Source: Ramazzottius varieornatus
Taxonomy: Eukaryota > Animalia > Tardigrada
Reading direction: 5' to 3'
Assembly: GCA_001949185.1 (NCBI GenBank)
Contig: BDGG01000004.1
Coordinates: 583,620 to 647,619 of the forward strand
Length of the DNA stretch: 64,000 bases
Shown here piece after piece: positions 14,372-25,972 of the stretch. The position numbers were made by a program, and so were the translations under genes. The notes below the pieces were generated by a model. That model was not told where the DNA came from. It did no database searches and was given only the letters and a program-made list of their open reading frames with translations. The stretch's first letter is position 1, and every line of letters begins with the position of its first letter.

Positions 14372-17300
14372 TTACAACGTGGTGTCGATCTTCTTCGGCA
14401 CTTCCCACGTAAATTCCGGGCGACCGAAATGGCCGTACGAAGCAGTCCGCTGGAATATCGGGTCCTTCAGCTTCAAATCTCTTTAACAAGAGAAAAACCA
14501 GGCTAGAGTTTGACCTGCTGCAAGGTTGCAGCTTAAACAACGAAAAATAATCTATATAGAAGTTTTACGATTCGGAGATTATTTTCTCAAGTGGCGCACG
14601 GTTCTGGTCAATAACAAGAAATTAGTGCGCTACTCGAGAAAAGAATCGACTCCATCGTTTTCCTAGTGGTGCAGTCCTACAGTCTGTAATACTGTACCGT
14701 GCGCTACCTAGGGCAACAAACAGGCTCGATACGATTTTTATTCAAGTGGAGCACGCTTCCATCCAGCAACAATGAGCAGGTGCGCCACTTGGGATAAAAA
14801 TCGTGTACGTGTCTTTTTTCGACCTCCCAATAGTTCTCCTCACGACGAGCTGTTTATGTCGCAAACGGTTGATTTAAAATTTGAGTTTGCTTGATCAACG
14901 GAAATTAGTCGTTAGTGAGGCAAAATTGCGTTTTTCGAAAGTCTCGGAAACGGGAGTGGAAATGCGCGAGTTTTGCGGGGTAGGTTTGCAGGCAAACTTT
15001 GCCTCCTGACTAGGCTGAAATGCATGGTTTTCTCTCTGGCTAGTCTCTGTCTGTCGATATCCCCGACACTAATAGGTATCAAGAAGCCCATACGTGAAAC
15101 GGTATCTCGCAACGTGAAGCACTGTGCAGACAGAGATCAGCTGAGAAATGAAAATTTGAAATTTTGAGTCAAGTGTGCAGAGAATAATCCGTTTTCGCTT
15201 TCAAGATAAGCTACTCGAGGGCTGCTTATATTGGAAGCGACACTTCGTAATCCACTTTCAAAATCAACACAATCAACGGAGTTTTACGGCCTGTCGTGAG
15301 GAGGACTAATTATCCATTTATTTTCCAGAAAAATTCTGAAATATTTCTGAATGTTGAATTTTAGCGCGGAGCTTCTGCACTTACTGCATTATGACGCCTG
15401 GGCGAAGGTCGAAGTTCCTTTGCACCATGCGGAGTAACTGCTTCTCGGAATACTTGGAGGTACCAAAGTGGAACACGGCTACGGAGAGGGGGTGAGCAAT
15501 ACCAATGGCGTAGGATATCTGCACCAAAACGCGACGAGCCAAGCCAGCCTTGACCAAGGATTTGGCTACCCACCGTGCAGCGTACGCTGCCGAACGATCG
15601 ACTTTGGTCGCGTCTTTCCCGGAGAAGGCACCACCACCGTGAGCACCCCAACCACCGTACGTGTCGACGATGATTTTTCTCCCCGTCAAACCAGCGTCAC
15701 ACTGAAGCACAAAAACCATAAAGAAATTCACCGAGAATATTCAAACTGAATCTCGGCAAACAAACTCCGCACAAACGGTTTTTCTGAAGTGGCGCACGGC
15801 CTTCGCCATCAATATCGAGAACATGCGCCACTTGGGGAAAACCTGGACAAAATTGTTTTCCTAAAGTGGCGCACGTTGTCGAAGTTATTGACTGAGAGCG
15901 TGCGCCACCTGGGAAGCCCAGATTTTTGCCGATTCCCAATCGCTTTGTTGTGGCGAAATGGCATTTAAACTTACGAAAGGACCGCCCATGGTAAAGGTTC
16001 CGCTCGGGTTGATGTGGTAGATAGTCTCTTCTGTCAAATACTGCGCAGGAATGACAACTTTAATTATGTTTTCCAAGACAGCTTTCTTCAAGTCCTCCAG
16101 CGAGATTTTGGGACTGTGTTGTCCAGAGAAGACAACGGTATGAACCCGTCGAGGAATACAGGCGCCATTTTCCAGATGGTACTCCGCAGTCACCTACGAG
16201 AAAAATAAGTTAATTTCCAGTCTGACGAATCAGACGTTCTATTTTGTTATACTTGAGATTTGCAGTCAGGTCTGGCCCAAGGGAAGGTCCCGTTCTTCAT
16301 CAGCTCTCCCCATTTCTCCGCCATGCGATGGGACAGGTGCAGCGTCAACGGCATGCATTCTTCGGTTTCATCGGTGGCATAACCGAACATCAGACCTTGG
16401 TCGCCGGCTCCAATGTCCGTTTCTTCTCTGCCCTGGTGAACGCCAGCGCTGATTTCCGGTGCTTGTTGCTCGAGTGCAACCAGCACATTGCAGGTCGTTC
16501 CATCGAAACCTAAAAGCCACTGGTGTCAAACTAAATCTCCGGCGGAATATCAACAGATTCGAATCAAATTTCCGGCTTTGATACTGCCCAAGCCGGTAGT
16601 CGATATAATTAACAAGCAACCGAACTCTGAGACGGGTAAGTTCGCGGAAAGCGGCTTAGGAAGGTTTGATCTTGTCAGCGTTCGATGTCCTCCGTATTTT
16701 CTTCGCTCGCAAAAATCAGGCCAACCGCAAACGGTGCGAATGCATCCGATTTATATGGGAAAGCGAACGTAACGTAGGTACCTTTGTCAGAGTGATCGTA
16801 GCCGATTCCTCGGACGGTATCGCGGACGACTTTCTGGTAGTCAACGACAGCTTTCGACGTTATCTCTCCGCACACTAAAATCATGCCCGTCTTCGACACC
16901 GTCTCTGAAACAAAAAGCTATTATATAATCCATCCATCTTCACATTAGATTGCCGAGTTCGGAAGTGAACGTACCACAGGCAACTTTCGCGTTGGGGTCT
17001 TGCTTCAAATGTGCGTCGAGGATAGCATCGCTGATTTGATCGCACAACTTATCTGTCAAACACACACGAATACAGCGGTGACAGTTACTTCCGGTCTTCC
17101 TTCTTCACCGCTTCCTCTAGCTCAAGGCCATCTGAAAACATTCGTCGCGAGCCGGGGAGAACAAACTAGAGTGAGTAATCATTAGTGCTACGCGTGCGCT
17201 GTGAAAATACTGCTCTGGATGTTACGTAATTCAAATTCACGTGATGGCGCACCAGTGCAACGTATCCACTCAATCAAGCCAAATCAATCACTCCACCAAG

Positions 17301-17541
17301 AAAATGGATTTTACTGAACATTACACACGGTAAGCCGTACGCTCAAACGCACCAAAATTTGGCTAATTTGTCCATCACGTCGCATCGTTCTGGCTCACGT
17401 TCTAAGGTTTTCCGATAACTATTTTAACAACCATAGTAGAATACCTGGGTGGCCTTCTCCCACGCTTTCCGAGGTGAACAGAAACGTGTCGATGTCATGC
17501 TTGTCGCCAGTCGAGCCTTCGTGGATACCAGCGCAGGCCAT
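14372..17541 (-). CDS. MAT: S-adenosylmethionine synthetase (methionine adenosyltransferase), 7 exons
   Basis: Motifs are [58 protein letters not shown] and YGHFGR. The last exon is 14372-14480. Confidence 0.97.
14589..14790. repeat. Three tandem copies of the AAGTGGCGCAC-N24/25-GTGCGCCACTT element in the last MAT intron
   Basis: Arms start at 14589, 14664 and 14744, a period of 75-80 bp. Spacers are 25, 24 and 25 nt. Confidence 0.8.
14832..15307. mobile_element. ~475-bp MITE, copy 1, in the last MAT intron
   Basis: TIRs AGT(T/C)CTCCTCACGAC / GTCGTGAGGAGGACT. It is nearly identical to 24660-25132. The flanks fit an AAT or a TA duplication. Confidence 0.9.
15787..15910. repeat. Two tandem copies of the N25 inverted-arm element in a MAT intron
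   Basis: Copies at 15787-15833 and 15864-15910. Both spacers are 25 nt. Confidence 0.8.
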
Positions 17542-17902
17542 CTTCTGCCGTCAATGATGGTGATCCGGGAGGGAAACGATATTTTAGAGCGGCTTCCTAC
17601 CGTTGCCGAAAGAAAGCTTTCCCTCAGTGTACCAGAGTAGAGCTCCAGAAAGTGTCGAGTGGTTCTAAAAGAAATGTAGAGGAAAACTTATTTTGGTGAA
17701 TGGTGGGATTCGAAACAGTTAGTGGAAAATCAAGCTTTTCTGTGGTTTGTCAGCGCAGGCCGAAGGCGGTCCCTCTGGCGTATACTCTGTGTGATGTTAC
17801 AGATGACATGCCAACCGTATATTGAGCTGACCTAACATGATATAACATAACGTAACGTCTTTTCGGCCACTTCGATCAGCTCGTTCAGTTGTCCACTAGG
17901 TA

Positions 17903-18379
17903 CAGCAATTCGCCGTACCCAATTAACCTATAGAGCGTGAATTTCAACCTCTACCCCGCGGGCCCCGCCCGACTTACAAGACTCGATTTCTCGCCATCCT
18001 TCAGCGCACGTCAACGGCTCTCACATCCCAGCGCACTCCAAAAAGGATTTAGTTACTTTCAAATCAGTGCGTGCTAGGCTGTGGCCTAAGGTTGCCCGTT
18101 CCCTTTTCGGTTCCATTCCTGATTTCGCTTGGAAAATAAGAATTCCGCTTCGTTCCGGCTGAGCTCCATTTGGATCGCTGGAACTCCTAATCGGAATACA
18201 AGGATCTGGCCGGAATTCTGCTTATCAAAATCTGGTTTTGCCCAGCAAAATTCCCGTTTTTTGCGCCAATCGGTCGAGCTAAAGGATAGCCAGAAACCAA
18301 GTTTCTGAATCGGGACGGGTCTCCGGGGTAAGGGTAGAAATTCACGCTCCATAGCTTAATTGGGTACGGCGAATCACTG
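17903..18379. mobile_element. hAT-like MITE upstream of MAT
   Basis: Imperfect ~70-bp TIRs (CAG..ATTCGCCGTACCCAATTAA..) and 8-bp flanks ACTAGGTA/ACTAGGTC. Confidence 0.8.
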
Positions 18380-21300
18380 ACTAGGTCCAAACGTCACTCC
18401 GGAATCCGGATCGGCGGATTCATTCGTCAAGTTCCTGGAGTTGTTCCTATCGTGTTTCGCAGGTGATTCCCAGGCTCACCAGTACCCCGTCTTTGGAACG
18501 ATCATCGCTGAAACGACATTGTTTAACTTAGATCGATGGATGAGGCTAAGGGAAACGGTATACCGCTCGGTGCTCGCGAAGCCAACGCAGGAGAAGTGAC
18601 TGGCGATGGGAGAACAGACCGGCAGCCTTGAGTATGAAACACCGCTACAGAGTCAGTTAAGCTCTAGCTGGGAAGGTTGGTTGCCCGAACGGTTAGAAAG
18701 GTATCAGGTTTACGGAAGTCGGGAAGCTACTCTGATTCTGGCCGACCGTGAGTTACGGCAAACCATCAAGCGCGGGCCGGCCGTAGACTTGTCTCCCCGC
18801 GGGAGACCAAAAATAACTTTGAAACCATCTGCAAGCGCTTCCTACTGCCTGTTTTTGCCCCGAATGACTGTTGAGGTCTCATTGGCGAAAATATCACGCT
18901 TTAACTACGCGGAGTTCTTTGCTTTGCCAAGAACCAGTTTATTGCGCATGCTGCCGTACACGGAATGGTGGGTCTCGCACCAAAACTCGACCTACTTGTG
19001 AAAGTCTCCCCTATTGACGCATTGCCCGGTTGGCTTTCCCATGGTATCAGGTTCCCTGATGGACTAGCGGATTCATTGTGCCGTGTTCTTTTATCATCAT
19101 TCAATCAGTTGAGATACGCAGATGGGGTTCACTAACCAGTCGGGTACCGCGAGAGGACCGGAAGTGCCGCCCCTGCCACTCCTGAACTGAAATCAGAGAA
19201 CACATCATGACGAGCCGCCCTTAGTTTCATGGCCCTCGTTGAGACCTTATAGGCGACCTCTGTGGGCTACGGTTCTCGAAGTGTATAGACTTGGTTCCCT
19301 GTCTAATGCGCTGCTTAACTGCTTCGCACATGCCTGCTCGTCTGCTATTCGCAAAGTTCTTGCATAGAGTTCTGAGTCATCCTGTTCTCTCGAGACCACC
19401 CCCGAGAACTGTCCACCAAAGTCCCACACTGGCGACCAGTTGCGCATGACACGCCTGCAAGGCTCCGAGAGCGTTTCTGTTGCACTCACGGCATTGTGAT
19501 AAGTGGACAGATGACCCAACTCAACATACTGTATGCGATTTTCGGTTCATGAATTTTGCCCTTTGACATGTTTGGAGGAATGAATGGAAGCTATGGTTCC
19601 TACCAAATGACAGGGCTGGGTGCGGGATTCCCCGTGAGCACCCCGATGCGTTCCCCGTTTGGTTATGCCTTAGGTCTGCGACGGGTACATCCCTGCTGGG
19701 AACTCTCAGTCAACCAAGATTCACGGCCGACGAATGGCTGATCTTACAAGGGATGCCGGCGACCCACCCAGCCATTACAGCGACCCATCAAGCTGTTCCA
19801 ATCCCTAACTTAAGCGCTCCAGCCATCGAGCCGACCTATCCCCAAGTTCCTCACACCAAGGCGGCAACAACGAATGCTGCCAGTGCTGGCCGACTAGAGG
19901 TGAAGATCGACCTCGGGTTGATCGGCCCACCGCGCAAGCCATTGGGTCGCCGTCGGCTTGGCAATCATCCGCCTCAGCAACGTATCTCCAACAGATACCG
20001 AGGTCGAAGCCGCGGTGGTACTACTGGCCGCTCTGACGGAAGAGACGGTGGTCGTGAGGGTGGTCATGGCCCTGAACGGGACAGTGAACATAGCGATCGC
20101 GGACAACGAGGAAACATCCCCTGGAACTGTGGAGAAGGATGGCCTTCGAGTGGTCGTCAGATCATCGACCCGTGCCAGGACAGCGGATTAAGCCTCCGTA
20201 AGTACTGGTACCTGCTCAAAACATCGTTCGACAACAATACCGACCATGAATGTCGCATGACCAAAATGTCAACAAACTTTGATGCCAAACAGCCATGTGG
20301 ATAAGTGCTGTCAAAGCCAAGTATCAGCTGGCGCTAGCTGATACTTGGCTTCGGTGTTGTAAATACCGTTTGCTCGCATTCCCGAACGATATTCTGTGCA
20401 GAATGCGGATTAGTCATTTCCTCATATCCGTAACTTCGAATGAGATTTACTGGCCGTGAAAGCTCTTAACTACTCTACGGGAAACGGAAGTTTAGTCTTA
20501 AGATGCTCGAAGGTGTTGGTAAGAGCTGTTCATCGAGCGATATATCCAACCAGACGGTACCATACAGGTACACCGCATTCCGAACCTGTAACAAAAAACA
20601 ATTGCTTTATTCAAACAAATAATTTTTTCTTCAAAACAAGACCACAATGACACAGGAGACGAAATCGAAATCAACAAGTTACGTGGACACGGTTCTCCTC
20701 TTCCTAAGATTCAAAACGTAAAATATTTCTTCGAGTCCTTTAGTCTCCTTCGCAGCAACCCATAACACAAAAAGCATTACCTCGCTATATATATTGGTAC
20801 CTCGCTATATATAGCGATATATTGGTCAGTTAGTATCATAGTTGGTTAGTCATTGGGCAGAACGATATTCTGGGAAGTTCCTATCGTGGTTACTTGATGT
20901 TTAAAGTTCGCCAAAGTGTCGGTTGATATTTTGTCCAAACGACGGTCCGGTATAGTACCATTGGTACTACCAGGTTCGGAGGGCGAGCCCAAGTCAACGA
21001 AGAGGACCATCGTGACGGACAGTGAAGAACGAACCACGATCAGTACAATACTTGGTCGTCGACAAATATCTAAAACTAATGGATTCATCATCGACCAAAT
21101 ATTGTGGAAAGTGCTCGAATGCTCCTGACTAATCGTCTGGTGTTAGTGTGTCTGCGCCAGTCTTGCTTCTTGCTACTCTTAATTACAAACTTGTTCGGCG
21201 CGTTTTATCAGGTGCCGGGACGTTCCGTTTGTACCGACCGCCGAACCGGAAGTTCAAGCGCCCTTTGGCGGAGCTTCGGCGATGCGTTCTATTAATAGCT

Positions 21301-22849
21301 TGGGCGTGGCCACTTTGGAATTCGGCGCCGAGGCTCCCAGCATTCTGCAAACAATGCTCTTCCAAAATTCGTCTCCTCGAGCTGATGATTTGTAGACATA
21401 AGTATTTTACGCCGCTTAGGCAGCTGAGGGCATTCTAGTCGGATGGAGCATAATGTCAAGTCCGGGATCGATTTGCCGATCCCGGAACACTGCCGCTGCC
21501 ATCGGCATCTCCTGTGCTCCAGGAGATGACGGTAGCGGCGGCGGAAGAGAAGTCGGCGACGGTAACCGATATCAAGTTCCACCCTAAAAACGAAAGCTTT
21601 TAGAGCGACGACAATTTGGATGAAATTACAAACTGACGCTCACGTTTTGGAGGAGTTCTTTGGCTGTCTGGCTATCCGACGGTCTGCCGGACGATGAGGT
21701 ATTGAATATTCAAAGCTCACAATGTCATGTGGACGATGTGGTGACCAATTCATAGCGGTTCAACATTGCCATTTCACGCTTGTCGTTTTCAGAGTCTCTC
21801 CTGTGCGGATAGAGATGGTTGGCATATCCCTTTCTCGGCGGACTTAGCGGACTTGGCTAGCGCGGCTGAGTGCGGCACTCGGCGCATGACACGCACGTAG
21901 ATGCTGCTGTTCAAGACGCACATACCTACAGAGCTCTTATCAATGGTTGAGCTGATTGAGACAGGTGCAAAACTCGAACGCCACAAGACTGCTAGATTGA
22001 AATTGGCCTGCACAGTGCGCATTTCAATGCGACAAGTGGGTCGAGCGTGCTACCCAATCAGCCTGAAGTCAGCCAAGAAAAGGGATATTCCAACCATCTC
22101 TATGTGTGGAAGTCCCTCCAATTGCAGATTTCAACTCGAAACCGCTGTGCTGCTGACGTTTCCTGAAGAAAAAGAAGTCAAAAAGATGTACGAGCACCTT
22201 CGCCGCAAGCCATATTGGACAGATCATCACTTTAAAGTACGAGATCTAGTCGGACAGAATTCGGTCCGGGTTCGTGTGAAGAGACTGCCCAGAACTAGGA
22301 GAATCTGATGTTATATATGTGACGTCATATCGATCCGCTATTCAGCTGATCAGTCCACGTTTATCAAAAATTTCACCCACCATCCGGGCAGTCTTTCCGA
22401 AATCACGCAGACCCAATTCTGTCCGACTAGATCGATACCTTGAGGTACTAGTCTTTTTGTCGGTTCCAGACAGCATCGTGTATTGTTCGTGGGAAAACAT
22501 AGAAAGTTCCTGTCTGGATACGCGTACGATCTCATGGGAGACTTCATAATCGCTAACTCGGTCAAGAAGATAACTTACTGTACACGAACGACGGGATATA
22601 ATGGGCCACTAAAAATTACGGGCGAAGCGGAAAAGACGGCAGATTTACAATTTGTATGGAAGTCAAAAACAGAAATCGGACAAATGACGTAATGTAGTAA
22701 GATTGAACCGTAGAATTGTCATGGACAGTGGCGATCAGCCGATCAGCTGTTTGCCTTTCGTTTCGAGACTGCGAATTGTTCATTTACTTTCTTCCAGCGA
22801 CGCTCCTCGAAAAGAAAAGAGATGTTCCTGCAAAACAGAGATCTGTGTA

Positions 22850-24620
22850 CGAGGTAGACTCCATAATTATGTCAGGGTGAAATTTACACCATAATTCGGT
22901 CAGGACAGTGGTGTGCGGGGGCAGCAGTGTCGCAAGCATTAGCGATCCGTGCTGAGCCTGATACCGTACTACGTTTATGTGCTGTTGGACGGGAAAACTC
23001 TGGGAGAATTTGAACTGCACTATTTCGATTTAATTCTACCTTTCTGATCCCTAAATTCTCTGATCACCTGAGCAAATCATCAGCAAAGTACAACATTTTT
23101 AAGTCTTCAAAAAGCGGAATGCGTCTCAAATATCGTACAACGGCGCATTCCGCCAAGATAAACTAAACTCGTGCTTTCTTGCTTGTCAGAGACTTCACAT
23201 TTGATGCCTTGCGCTTCGATGCTGTGGGATTCTCATCTTTTTCTTTCGTGGCATTTTTCTTTTTCTTTTCAGCTGCAGCCTTTCGTTTTGCTTCAACAGC
23301 AGCTTTCTCTGCCTTCTTCTTCTCATCTTCTTTCTCCAACTCGGCAACAAATTCGGGACCGGTGATCAGCGCACCTGGCTCGGTATTCAGCTGCCTGTTT
23401 ACCTGTCGTCGTTGCTTTTTCGGTGCTTCTCCAAACAAGTCCTTCTGCATCACATTGGCCAACACGGCCCCGGGGGTAATACCCTTCTGTTTAAGCTGAA
23501 TGAACTCCTTGATATCTTCGAGGTCCTTTTCGGCGGAGATGTTGTACTGGTCTTTCAGTATATTAATTAAAGGACCGAAGTCCTGCTGTATTTCTCGGCG
23601 GATTCCGCGCTCGATTATTTGGGGATCGTGGTGAAGCTTCACCGTTTGTCGTATCACTTCCGGTGAAAACAGGAACAATCCCGTCTTGGCAAACCCAGAC
23701 TGTAAACTCTGTCCAACATTGAACGCGTACCTTTCCGTGCATCCTTCGGTTCGGTACCAAAGTTTCACCACGTGCGACAGTAGATTGTCCTTCGTNNNNN
23801 NNNNNNNNNNNNNNNNNNNNNNNNNNNNNNNNNNNNNNNNNNNNNATCGCCACTCCGAAAAGATCTGCAGGCAATGATATCGGTTAAGAGGGACTCCCTG
23901 ATCACTGCAGGCTAAGAAAAACTCGGCAAGACGGTCTTCTTCGTGGGATGCGAATTTTGTTGGAGCACCAACGGAAGACGGAGTCGAATTCTGCAGGCGA
24001 TTACGCAAGGTTGTACGGCTGATCCTGTATATCTTTGCTGCAGAGGCTTGACTCTGGCCGTTCTTTACCTCGTGAATAGCTGCTTCCAACGACAACTCTT
24101 GGTGCACCTGAAACGCTGTTTTCAGCTGAGAACGGACAGCCATCGTGAGAGAGAAATATCGCAGTATGAAAGACCAGAAAATCTGCAGGAAATATCCTTT
24201 TGTGAAAACTGGCAATGCAGTACGGCATCACTGCACGTATCGGGAGAGCTATACGTCATGGATTCCATGCTGAGCCAATGCAACGTTCATGATCGTGCTG
24301 TAAACGCAGAAACCGACGACATGACGTGGTGTTCCTGTTTGCAAGCATTTCTGCAAAAAACGACGAACGTGCCCCCTAGCGGCCTTGTCTTGATTTATTT
24401 CGCAGGCTTTTTAACATTAGCGGGATGCTCCTGACTTCCAGAGCCTATATCTCCTCATTTTATCTCGTGAATCTCTTCAAACTTAATAGAAGACTCGGCA
24501 AAGTTGTCGTTACAACGTATAAACAAGCAGTGGAAGATTCGGTCCAGTGGGCATCGAGAAAAAAGCCTGACCGAATTACAGTGTGAATCTCACCCTGACA
24601 TAATTATGGAGTCTTCCTCG
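22850..24620 (-). mobile_element. pogo/Tigger-type transposon (transposase ORF ~23163-24143, catalytic part probably lost in the N gap)
   Basis: ~55-bp TIRs CGAGG(T/A)AGACTCCATAATTATGTCAGGGTGA with a TA duplication. The ORF has a psq-HTH (SQASAAKIYRISRTTLRNRL), a CENP-B-like HTH, the SGFAKTGLFLF motif and a basic C-terminal tail. Confidence 0.88.
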
Positions 24621-24659
24621 TACTGTCATAAACTGACATCTTCAGCTCCTTGGCTTAAT

Positions 24660-25132
24660 AGTCCTCCTCACGACGAGCTGTTTATGTCGCAAACGGTTGA
24701 TTTAAAATTTGAGTTTGCTTGATCAACGGAAATTAGTCGTTAGTGAGGCAAAATTGCGTTTTTCGAAAGTCTCGGAAACGGGAGTGGAAATGCGCGAGTT
24801 TTGCGGGGTAGGTTTGCAGGCAAACTTTGCCTCCTGACTAGGCTGAAATGCATGGTTTTCTCTCTGGCTAGTCTCTGTCTGTCGATATCCCCGACACTAA
24901 TAGGTATCAAGAAGCCCATACGTGAAACGGTATCTCGCAACGTGAAGCACTGTGCAGACAGAGATCAGCTGAGAAATGAAAATTTGAAATTTTGAGTCAA
25001 GTGTGCAGAGAATAATCCGTTTTCGCTTTCAAGATAAGCTACTCGAGGGCTGCTTATATTGGAAGCGACACTTCGTAATCCACTTTCAAGATCAACACAA
25101 TCAACGGAGTTTTACGGCCTGTCGTGAGGACT
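24660..25132. mobile_element. ~475-bp MITE, copy 2
   Basis: Near-identical to 14832-15307. Confidence 0.9.
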
Positions 25133-25714
25133 AATATTCAGCACGTACGTACAGCAGTCCAGCGACCCAGCCTTCGATGCTGCTTTGACTTTTAGCAAGA
25201 TTCACCTGCCCGTGCCGCCGTAGCGAAAGGGCATGGTCCGTAATTTTTACTGGCCCATAACATCCCGTCGTTCGTGTACGGACGATGTTATGAACTGCAC
25301 TCGATTGATTGTGAGGAAGATTCTGTGGCGTGTCAATGTTTTCAGCTTCGTCAATTATACTGTGTACATGCACGATGGAAAATTACTATATGGGACAGGC
25401 CTTTCCACTACGGTAGAGCCGATCGGCGTACAGCAGTTCTGTCCCTTTCGTTCCGCCGTTGCCTCTGTTGTGGTTGTATCAAGTCAGCGTTGTACGATGG
25501 CGTACGTTTCTGTGCCAGTAAGCACGGCGCACAGACAAAGTTGCCAACAATTTAGGCAAGTTGCACTGAGAGAAGATGCTTGCCAAAGTGTTGTGTGAGT
25601 CAGCAGTTTGCGGCAGTATGGGAAGCTCTTTCGGGCACCAGTCCAAAGACTGCGGGCATGTATCAGTCAGAGCGATCAAACGATTGCATACGAGCCTTGT
25701 ACGTCACCCTACAC

Positions 25715-25972
25715 CAGTCCTGCGGAGCTATTTAGCTCGTCTGAGCTCTGTTTCATCTACCGAATGGGTNNNNNNNNNNNNNNNNNNNNNNNNNNNNNNN
25801 NNNNNNNNNNNNNNNNNNNTTAGTTCGTTTAGCTCATTTCGCCTTTCTTCTACGAGGTTTTTACAAAACGCTCATCCAGGTTCGTGAGCTACACAACCCA
25901 GTTTTGCGTTTTTATAGAAAAAGGCAGATTTAGCTCGCGAGCTAAAACGAGCTAAATTGCTCCGCAGCTCTG
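25715..25972. mobile_element. hAT-like non-autonomous element (spans an N gap)
   Basis: TIRs CAGTCCTGCGGAGC / GCTCCGCAGCTCTG, a perfect 8-bp TSD CCCTACAC and GAGCTAA subterminal repeats. Confidence 0.85.

Larger units (their letters stand above)
22578..25281. mobile_element. Outer DNA element with ~44-bp TIRs enclosing the pogo element and a MITE
   Basis: CTGTACACGAACGACGGGATATAATGGGCCACTAAAAATTACGG at 22578, with its inverted counterpart ending at 25281. Confidence 0.65.

Noticed and set aside
14589-14790. CRISPR array interpretation
   Set aside because: The context is a eukaryotic intron, there are only 2-3 units, the repeats are degenerate, the spacers are related to each other and no cas genes are present.
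20778-20825. Short tandem duplication TACCTCGCTATATATA
   Set aside because: It looks like a local slippage or repair scar with no further structure.
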